A stretch of DNA of 6,886 nt from Octopus sinensis (taxonomy: Eukaryota). This document shows, in pieces, positions 1 to 6,886 of the stretch (position 1 is the first letter of the stretch; each line of letters opens with the position of its first letter). The notes under the pieces were generated by a model. It saw only the letters and a list, made by a program, of their open reading frames with translations, had not been told where the DNA came from and made no database searches. The position numbers and the translations under genes were made by a program. Location: assembly GCF_006345805.1 (NCBI RefSeq), contig NW_021829190.1:1-6886 (forward strand), written 5' to 3'.

Positions 1-53
1 AAGAAGAAGAAGAAGAAGAAGAAGAAGAAGAAGGAGGAGGAGGAGGAGGAGGA
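1..53. repeat. Compound trinucleotide microsatellite (AAG)11(GAG)6, cut by the window start
   Basis: Direct reading: aag x11 at 1-33, then gag x6 at 34-51. Confidence 0.97.
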
Positions 54-686
54 TAAACAGCCACATAAAATACTACTGTTAATTTACGTTAACCAGAGGC
101 GTCTAGGATGGATAGAGTTATGAAAATATCTAAGTGTGGTTACCATCTAAAATGGCGGCTAAACAAACTTCGTGCTATCTTCGGCTGACACAAAATGGCT
201 GACCATCGTGTTATATTGATTGTAAGCAGTCGGCTGGTATAGAGGCATATGTTTATTGTTATGTCCTATCACTTCACAAACAGAGGACAAGTAGTACTTA
301 ACAAATTAGATAAGGAAATTATTTATAGCACCAGTCAAAGTCAATGTCCTGCGTTTGTATGTGAGCGTGTACGTGTGCGTCTGCGCGAATTATGTGTGTG
401 TATGCCTGTATATATGTGTGTGTGTGAGCTTGTGTATACACACGCACAAATAGACACATACTTCCGTATATATTTACAAGTATGCACCCATAATACACAC
501 GCGCATACAGACACGTATGTATAGATATACGGTTACATACCTGTACGTCTACAAACTGAATACTTATATACGTACTTGTATATAAATGTCTGCGTCTTTG
601 TGTGTCTTATATGTATGTGTGTGTCTGTGTGCCTTCGTTTGTCTGTGTATAAATATATGCATAATACACACATACATATATCTATC

Positions 687-790
687 TGTATGTATGTATG
701 TATGTATGTATGTATGTATGTATGTATGTATGCATGTATGTATGTATGTATGTATGTATGTATGTATGTATGTATGTATGTATGCATGTA
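687..790. repeat. (TATG)n tetranucleotide microsatellite with occasional CATG variant units
   Basis: Direct reading. It is the source of the YVCM/HTYI ORFs in the track. Confidence 0.97.
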
Positions 791-902
791 TTTATACATA
801 CGTAAAGTTCCTTTCAATATGTGTTCCGGTTTGTTATCGTATTCAGGAGACTAGTGTATAATTTTCTCTACTGAATATTAAGTCAGTGGAAGAATGATGA
901 TT

Positions 903-960
903 TGGTGGTGGTTCTGGTTGTGGTGGTGGTGGTAGTGGTGGTGGTGGTGATGGTTGTTGT
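903..960. repeat. Degenerate (TGG)n/(TTG)n trinucleotide repeat
   Basis: ttggtggtggttctggttgtggtggtggtggtagtggtggtggtggtgatggttgttgt. Confidence 0.9.
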
Positions 961-993
961 GATAGTAACGTGCGTTTGCTTGCGCGTGTGTGT

Positions 994-1371
994 GTGTGCG
1001 TGTGTAAAATAGTATCTATAAGACTATAAGAAAATCTAAGAATATTTGTTCAATGTTTAAGATATCTTGAATATTGGATAAACTTTATAAATTTATAATA
1101 CATACATATACCACACACACACACAAACACAAACACACACACGCGCACACATGGATATACATATACACACACATACATATGTATATCTATCTATCTAACT
1201 ACATAGATATACATATATACATATGTGTGTGTGTATGTATATATATACCTATATGTGTGTATTTATGATAAATTTATAAAGTGTAACCAATGTTGAATAT
1301 ATCTTGAACCATTGAACAAATATTCTAAGAATTGCTTATAATCTTACAGATACGAATTTACACACGAACAC
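994..1371. repeat. Long imperfect inverted repeat (foldback); arms 994-1096 and 1268-1371 around a CA/TA/TG microsatellite spacer
   Basis: Manual alignment of the left arm to the reverse complement of the right arm gives 89/104 identities, 14 mismatches and 1 gap. It includes a perfect 17-bp block: agaatatttgttcaatg (1039-1055) / cattgaacaaatattct (1310-1326). Confidence 0.93.
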
Positions 1372-1387
1372 TCATATATATAAATAT

Positions 1388-1731
1388 GTGGAGGCGCAAT
1401 GACCCAGTGGTTAGAGCAGCGGACTCGTTGTCATAGGATCGTGGTTTCGATTTCCACACCGGGCGTTGTGAGTGTTTTTTGAGCCAAAATAACCTAAATC
1501 TCCACGAGGCTCCGGCAGAGGTTGGTGGCGAACCCTGCTGCATTCTTTCACTACAACTCTCCCTCACACTTTCTTCCTGTTTCTGTTGCACCTGTATTTC
1601 AAAGGGCCGGCCTTGTCACACTCTGTGTCACGCTGAATCGCCCCGAGAACTACGTTAAGGGTACACGTATCTGTGGAGTGCTCAACCACTTACACGTTAA
1701 TTTCACGAGCAGGCTGTTCCGACGGAGTGCC
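1388..1731 (+). mobile_element. tRNA-derived SINE (octopus-type family)
   Basis: Pol III A-box-like tgacccagtgg (1400-1410) and B-box-like ggtttcgatttcc (1443-1455) with tRNA-like spacing. A GC-richer body ends ...gacggagtgcc and is followed by a (TA)n tract. The body matches my recollection of an abundant Octopus SINE; family name not verified. Confidence 0.88.
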
Positions 1732-1747
1732 ATGGTATGTTGTAATA

Positions 1748-1754
1748 ATATATA

Positions 1755-1795
<41 letters not shown>

Positions 1796-1818
1796 CACAG
1801 ATACATACATATATATAT
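1748..1818. repeat. (TA)n / (TACA) microsatellite downstream of the SINE
   Basis: Direct reading. Confidence 0.93.
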
Positions 1819-2034
1819 TCTGGACATCGGGTATACGCCATAAAAATTGTTGACGTCATACGAATCCTTAAACTTTCGAGAGAGCGTGAAATAATTTTTT
1901 TTCCTGTCTTTTTCTCTTTTCGTTTATTAACTGGATCACGCAGCCCATAAAACTATATTGGGTTGAAACGTCTTTTGGATAGGAAAATTCACAGGTTACC
2001 CTTGGAACTCGAACTTTCATCGCCAGCGAATAGT

Positions 2035-2065
2035 ACACCCACACACCCACACACGTACACACACA

Positions 2066-2097
<32 letters not shown>

Positions 2098-2099
2098 TA
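2035..2099. repeat. (CA)n microsatellite
   Basis: Direct reading. Confidence 0.95.
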
Positions 2100-2317
2100 C
2101 GACGGACTGCTGAAAAGCTTCTGGCTTTGAGTTTAAGAAAATACAGGAGAACCAGTTAATTATGGTTTTATTCAACATGCTTCCCTCTCAGATTAACACA
2201 CTTATTGCAGCGGAACTTCGGTTTTTCTAAGCCCAGTAAAAGAACTCGAAATTTAGTGCTTCCAACCAGCCCTCTCGCGATGCTCTTAAACTCAGAAACT
2301 TTTCAGCTTCCCTCGTA

Positions 2318-2396
2318 TATGTATGCATGCATGTATGTATGTATGTATGTATGTATGTATGTATGTATGTATGTATGTATGTATGTATGTATGTAT
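2318..2396. repeat. (TATG)n microsatellite
   Basis: Direct reading. Confidence 0.97.
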
Positions 2397-2535
2397 AGGG
2401 AGAGTTTACGAAAAACACAAAAGACGAAGACAGGTGGTGTACAAAACAAACAGATGTATTAGTATAACGCTCAGGAATAGAAAAAAGTCTTTTACGTTTC
2501 GAGCCTACGCTCTTTTACAGAAAGGGACACAGGAA
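2397..2535 (-). mobile_element. Probable Penelope-like element (PLE) terminal-repeat fragment
   Basis: Carries a minimal hammerhead-like motif on the minus strand, followed by a T/C-rich tract ending at a (TACA)n array. Minimal hammerheads are an established hallmark of PLE pseudo-LTRs. No RT or GIY-YIG sequence is visible, so the class is inferred. Confidence 0.55.
2487..2528 (-). ncRNA. Degenerate minimal type I hammerhead ribozyme-like motif (probably inactive)
   Basis: Minus strand reads gtcc-cttt CTGTAAAA gagc-gtag-gctc GAAAC GTA aaag-ac. Stem I is cttt/aaag, stem II is gagc/gctc, followed by GAAAC and a GUA triplet with a palindromic ACGU stem III. The core is CUGUAAA rather than CUGANGA. 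Confidence 0.55.
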
Positions 2536-2601
2536 AAACAAGGAGCGAAAAGAAGGAGAGAAAAACGAGGAAAGAAATAAGGAGAGAAAAAAGGAGAGAA
2601 G
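2536..2601. repeat. Purine-rich (GA/AAG) low-complexity tract
   Basis: aaacaaggagcgaaaagaaggagagaaaaacgaggaaagaaataaggagagaaaaaaggagagaag. Confidence 0.7.
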
Positions 2602-2788
2602 TGTGTATGTGTGTGTATGTATGTATGTATGTATGTATGTATGTATGTATGTATGTATGTGTGTGTGTGTGTATGTTTGTATGTATGCATGTATGTATGT
2701 ATGTATGCATGCATGTATGTATGTATGTATGCATGTATGCATGTATGTATGTATGTATGTATGTATGTATGTATGTATGTATGTATGT
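2602..2788. repeat. Compound (TATG)n/(TG)n/(CATG) microsatellite
   Basis: Direct reading. It directly abuts the 3' end of the RLE retrotransposon fragment. Confidence 0.97.
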
Positions 2789-3137
2789 GTCTTCTATCTT
2801 TTTCGTTATTACAAATCTTTCATTGTGGAGGGAGCGGATTTCCAACAAAGAAACAAGCCTCCATCTTTGGGAGGTAGTTAACAAAGACAAATTAACATTT
2901 GAAACTTGAGAAAAATCTTGCATATTTTTTTACTGTTCCAGTCACAGATTGCACTTGTTATGTCCGAATTAGGCGGTCGATTTCTCTTCCTGAAAATCTC
3001 AGTTTATCCAGATTCTCCTTTAAGCATTTACTAACAAAACCTAATGCTCCAATTATTATTGGTATCAATATGAATTCATAGTCTGGATATAGAAGCCGGA
3101 GGTTTCGAAGCCAATTGTCTATAGATATCCTCTTTTT
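2789..3137 (-). mobile_element. 5'-truncated, decayed 3' end of an RLE-type (R2-group, R4/Dong-like) non-LTR retrotransposon
   Basis: Manual minus-strand translation: KEDIYRQL [+1 nt frameshift near 3111] LRNLRLLYPDYEFILIPIIIGALGFVSKCLKENLDKLRFSGREIDRLIRT*QVQSVTGTVK [frameshift in the A7 run, 2925-2931] ICKIFLKFQM. This fits the K..Y..L...L......IPIIIGALG...Q....GT.KI...F pattern at the C-terminus of restriction-like endonuclease domains. A ~100-nt 3' UTR follows. In-frame TAA at 2958-2960. Confidence 0.8.
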
Positions 3138-3344
3138 GTGTGTATATTCTGTTTTGCTTCCTGTATATTTTGACTGTCATTTCTATCGAGAATGTTTATG
3201 GTATAAATCAATATATTGTAGACAAAAAGTGGAACCGGAGACATTGTTGTGTACACACGGAGACTCTGGAAACCAGACACCTTCCCCCCGACTTCACACA
3301 AAACTCCACAGTTATATTTATATGGACACTTACACGACTAGAAT

Positions 3345-3590
3345 ATGCACACGCATACATGCACACATGCATCGTGATACAGACGCACACATACACCCAC
3401 AGGTATACACACACATTCAAACACACACACACACACACACGCACAAATTTGAAAGAAGCGTGTATGCAACCAACTGTACATAACACACATACATACATAA
3501 ATATATGCATGCGTACATACATATACGCATGGGTACACACATATATGCATGGGTGCATACATATATGCATACACACACAAATAATCATGC
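3345..3590. repeat. Degenerate CA/TACA/TGCA low-complexity region
   Basis: Direct reading; HT/YIH-type translations. Confidence 0.85.
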
Positions 3591-3801
3591 ACACAAGCAG
3601 AGACTGGTTGCGGAGTGTCTGTGACATGTTAGAGATTCTGTGCGTGTGGATACGTATATATATATATATGCGTGTTGTTGTGCCGTGTGAATGGGTGGGT
3701 ATGCTTCAAGAAACAAGTATACGTTTTGCACTTTTATCGTCGAGTGGTTTTGAAGCATGCTTCGTAGTGCACAATTATGCCTATGTCTGTTTGTCTGTCT
3801 G

Positions 3802-3807
<6 letters not shown>

Positions 3808-3838
<31 letters not shown>

Positions 3839-3855
3839 CCCTCACACACACACAC
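3808..3855. repeat. (CT)n followed by (CA)n microsatellite
   Basis: Direct reading. Confidence 0.95.
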
Positions 3856-3871
3856 TCTTTTTGTATATGTA

Positions 3872-4390
3872 TTTTTTTTTTTAGTTTCAGCTCACAAGCT
3901 GTGGCCATGCTGGGGCACCGCCATTTGGTGTTGCTACATGATTTTACTTCACGAATGCTTTTTAGCAAATGCCATCTGGTGTATGAGAGAGTTCGATGCA
4001 GCTGCCCTCATCTGCACCTCCTGCCGTGAAGTTGGTTCATCTGGGACACCTGACAAGAAGAGATCCAGTTTTATTTTAAAGACATCTGCATCCACCCCAT
4101 GCAGGTCTCTTAGGTTCTTCGGGAGGATATTGAAGAGCTGTGGGCCTCGAAAGCCCAGGCTATCACAGTATCTTGTCCTACATCTTGATGGAAAATTTGG
4201 AGTCCTTGACACTATGCAGTGGCGTCCAGGTCTGGAATTTGTGTAACTCTCGATGCCAAAGTTTGGGACAAGTCCTTCTAGGATCTTCCAGATGTATATT
4301 ATGGTATATCTTTCTCGCCTACGCTCTAAGGAATAGAGTCTCAATCTCTTGAGTCTTTCCCAATAGCTTATATGCTGCACAGAGGCAACT
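3872..4390 (-). mobile_element. 5'-truncated CR1/L2-group LINE: ORF2 C-terminus, short 3' UTR and A11 tail
   Basis: Minus-strand protein ISYWERLKRLRLYSLERRRERY..IWKILEGL...GPQLFNILP..LR......FKIKLDLFL..PDEP matches the established post-RT C-terminal motifs of CR1-group LINEs (Y.ERL..L.L.SLE.RR; ..N.LP; FK..LD..L). TGA at 3949-3951, 3' UTR 3883-3948, T11 on the + strand at 3872-3882. Confidence 0.9.
3949..4390 (-). pseudogene. Partial LINE ORF2 (C-terminal ~146 codons, uninterrupted; RT catalytic domain absent)
   Basis: ORF track 3949..4380 begins at a GTG that is not a true start. The frame continues to the truncation point near 4390. Confidence 0.85.
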
Positions 4391-4391
4391 A

Positions 4392-4430
4392 ATATATATA
4401 TATATATATATATATTTCACATATAATTAT
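4392..4430. repeat. (TA)n tract forming the SINE tail / SINE-LINE junction
   Basis: Direct reading. Confidence 0.9.
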
Positions 4431-4642
4431 ATATTTCTTTACTACCCACAAGGGGCTAAACACAGAGGGGACAAACAAGGACAGACAAACGGATTAAGTC
4501 GATTATATCGACCCCAGTGCTTAACTGGTACTTAATTTATCGACCCCGAAAGGATGAAAGGTAAAGTCGACCTCGGCGGGATTTGAACTCAGAACGTAAC
4601 GGCAGACGAAATACGGCTACGCATTTCGCCCGGCGTGCTAAC
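4431..4642 (-). mobile_element. tRNA-derived SINE, second family, 5'-truncated (no A box seen)
   Basis: Minus strand: gttagcacgccgggcgaaatgcg...ctGAGTTCAAATCCcgccgaggtcgactttacctttcatcctttcggggtcgataaattaagtaccag...tgtgggtagtaaagaaat. B box at 4579-4590. Matches my recollection of a very abundant Octopus SINE; not database-verified. Confidence 0.88.
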
Positions 4643-4920
4643 ATACATATACGCGCCTAAAATCTAGGAATATACTATCCATTGTCTTGCATTTTATAGA
4701 AATATGATAGGGAATTAGTTGATGAAGGAGAGGAGATATGAGTGTCATTTCCTACAGACTAGTCGAAAACGTTAAGGGCCTCTTGTCAGCTCATTGGTTG
4801 TGGCGTTGATTGCTTTTGTTGCTGAGCTGTTCTCGTTTAACCCAAGGCAAGTATCATCCATCACACAGAGCAGAAGAATTCCACAGGAACCCTCTAAGGG
4901 ATTTAATTTTTCAAACAATA

Positions 4921-5280
4921 TCTTTATATATAAAAGTGAGGTTGTGTGTCTGTCTCCTACGAATTAGATTCCTAACTACTCCCACATTTTGCGGTGCAGT
5001 TTAACCAAAACCGGGTATCTTATAGTCGTGATTCATATCGAGCCCTTCTGGGTATTAGCGCGCGTCTACGATGAGTCTACGATTAAAAAAAATTAACATA
5101 ATTTTTTCCATTTTTTCGCTATTATATAAGGGAAGTAACTCTCTAAAAATGTCTACGATGAGTCACAATTTAAAAAAAATTACCATCATTTTTTTTGCTA
5201 TTTTTTGGCTATAACTCTCTAAAAATGCTTATGTAGTTATTTCCCTTATAAACCCGAGCAACGCCGGGCGATACTGCTAG
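4921..5280 (+). mobile_element. Complete non-autonomous Helitron (360 bp)
   Basis: 5' TC start (tctttatatataaaag) and 3' CTAG end (5277-5280). A GC hairpin cccg-a-gc-aac-gc-cggg (5253-5268) ends 12 nt before the terminus. The element sits between host A (4920) and T (5281) with no TSD. These are all canonical Helitron hallmarks. Confidence 0.9.
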
Positions 5281-5768
5281 TTACTCATAAGTATATAGTA
5301 TCCAACATGTTCTTTCTCTTCTTGCACTTAATGTGGTGTATTATAATTTGAATGTGATGGCTGATATCTCTTGCTGATGGGGGTAACATTGTTGAAACTT
5401 TACCCTTAGATTGCCTGTCACCACTGTTATGTGAACGAATGTTAACTCTATTCTAATGCGACTGTCATATGCTGGACCAAGCATCGTTTTCAACGATGAT
5501 TATTTGGCTATAAATCTAATGTTTTTAGATACTTTTGTGCGATAACGATAACGGTAACAAGGATTAAAAAAAAAAAACTAACAAAGCCAAGAAGTTTAAT
5601 ACTATTTCATTTCGTTTATATATTTATAAACCTTCCACATTTTTTATATGCTGTCTACTCTGTTTTTTCGCGTTACTTCTTTTATTTAATTTTTTTTAGT
5701 TCGTTATGATATGTGTTTATGATAATTATATCTTATATATTTCTCAAACATAATTATCCTTTACATTA

Positions 5769-5852
5769 TTATATATATATATATATATATATACATACAT
5801 ACATAATACATACATACATACATACATACATACATACATACATACATACATA
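5769..5852. repeat. (TA)n followed by (TACA)n microsatellite
   Basis: Direct reading. Confidence 0.95.
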
Positions 5853-6063
5853 CAAACGTACAGGCATACACAGAGATACATATATGCATACATACACGGA
5901 TATATATAATCTTGATACGGAGCAAATAATTCACGAGAAAAATAATTCCTGAAAAATACATCAGTGTATTCTGGCAATTTAAATAAGAGTTTTGACTTTT
6001 ATTTCCAGCAGGTAGACATACTTCGTATGCCCTTTGATTAATTTTAATCCTTCAACATGCATT

Positions 6064-6104
<41 letters not shown>
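6064..6104. repeat. (TA)n microsatellite
   Basis: Direct reading. Confidence 0.95.
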
Positions 6105-6250
6105 CAGGGACAGCTGATGAAGGGGAATATTCCTTGTATTGTTTGTCTTGTACCCTGTTTTTTCGTTGTTTAAAAAAGTCCGTTTCCTAGTTATTTTTAT
6201 GTTCTCGTTTCTCGTTGTGTCCTACGTTTAATTGTGGTGTCTGTACTCAT
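6105..6250 (+). mobile_element. Probable short interspersed repeat fragment between two (TA)n arrays (possibly PLE-related)
   Basis: A ~145-bp non-microsatellite block starts cagggacagctgatgaagggg, runs through a T-rich body and ends gtactca + (TA)n. The layout resembles 2397-2535. The class is inference only. Confidence 0.35.
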
Positions 6251-6257
6251 ATATTAT

Positions 6258-6304
<47 letters not shown>

Positions 6305-6377
6305 GCATGTATATATACATGTAGATGTAGGTACGCACATATATGTGTATATGTATGCATATATATTTTTATTTATT

Positions 6378-6429
<52 letters not shown>

Positions 6430-6432
6430 TAT
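6251..6432. repeat. (TA)n-rich compound microsatellites
   Basis: Direct reading; pure (TA)n at ~6261-6298 and ~6382-6431. Confidence 0.92.
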
Positions 6433-6503
6433 TGTGTGAAATTTGATTTAGTATTTCTAAATTGAATTTTGTTTCCCTGTAAGTTTGGATTTATATTCCC
6501 TCA

Positions 6504-6511
6504 AATAATAA

Positions 6512-6568
<57 letters not shown>

Positions 6569-6665
6569 AAGAGAGAGCGCGAAAGAAAGAGAAAGAGATA
6601 GATAGATATAGATGTGTATGCATGCATACACACACGCACACATTCGCACACATTCGCATACATAT
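6504..6665. repeat. Compound microsatellite (ATA)n-(TA)n-(GA)n-(GATA)n-(CA)n
   Basis: Direct reading. Confidence 0.92.
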
Positions 6666-6886
6666 AAAAGTATGTTCTTCCGTATATGAGCCCCATTCAT
6701 CGTGTAAGTTCATTTACGCTCATTTTGCCCTGAAGTATACACATGTGTGTGTATGAACATATATTTCTTTTGCCAATTTGAAGAACAATTAACGAAATGG
6801 TTGGAGCGGTGGTGGCGTTGATTGTTTTTATTGTTGCGGTTACTGTAAATTTGATTGCTATGTTCATTGTGATGTTGGTGTTTGTA

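Noticed and set aside
1388-1460. Possible tRNA gene
   Set aside because: A and B boxes are present, but I see no complete cloverleaf or acceptor stem and no T-run terminator. The sequence continues into a SINE body.
1358-1950. ORFs 1358..1591 (-) and 1522..1950 (+)
   Set aside because: They lie within the SINE body and the adjacent (TA)n.
249-2923. Many ORFs rich in YVCM/HTYI/CV/YI repeats (also those at 5713-6756)
   Set aside because: They are translations of (TATG)n, (TA)n and (CA)n microsatellites, which lack stop codons in several frames. No domain content.
3701-3773. Cluster of short inverted repeats (atgcttcaa/ttgaagcat; 12-bp palindrome gaagcatgcttc at 3752-3763)
   Set aside because: The stems are short and not nested into a coherent structure, so they are compatible with chance.
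3140-4246. 368-aa + strand ORF, the longest in the track
   Set aside because: It is a patchwork of CA/CT microsatellites plus the antisense strand of the LINE ORF2. No recognisable protein.
5482-5498. 7-bp hairpin catcgtt-ttc-aacgatg
   Set aside because: Too short to be meaningful alone in 6.9 kb.
5992-6045. Acceptor-like ttttatttccag|cag|gtagac (3-nt microexon or NAGNAG terminal exon)
   Set aside because: The donor is weak and there is no supporting gene context. T-rich tracts ending in AG are common here.
4800-6824. 13-mer gtggcgttgattg repeated at 4800-4812 and 6812-6824
   Set aside because: A 13-mer match is not unexpected in a window this size with biased composition, and flanking similarity fades quickly.
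6797-6886. Hydrophobic ORF start MVGAVVALIVFIVAV... running off the window end
   Set aside because: It looks like a degenerate GTT/GGT triplet low-complexity sequence and is truncated by the window edge, so it cannot be evaluated.
1-6886. CRISPR arrays, prokaryotic operons or terminators
   Set aside because: The sequence is eukaryotic. All tandem repeats are simple microsatellites without unique spacers.

Overview
Eukaryotic non-coding (intronic or intergenic) DNA, most likely octopus/coleoid cephalopod. This assignment is inferred from recalled octopus SINE families and very dense (TATG)n/(TA)n/(CA)n microsatellites. No host protein-coding gene is supported, and nearly all ORFs in the track are microsatellite translations. 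The window is a mosaic of mobile elements: two tRNA-derived SINEs (1388-1731 +; 4431-4642 -), a 5'-truncated CR1/L2-group LINE 3' end (3872-4390 -), a decayed C-terminal fragment of an RLE-type (R4/Dong-like) non-LTR retrotransposon (2789-3137 -) that the ORF track misses, and a complete 360-bp non-autonomous Helitron (4921-5280 +). It also holds a probable Penelope-like terminal fragment with a degenerate minimal hammerhead ribozyme motif (2487-2528 -). The least explained feature is a ~380-bp foldback (994-1371) with ~104-bp arms at ~86% identity and a strand-biased mismatch pattern.
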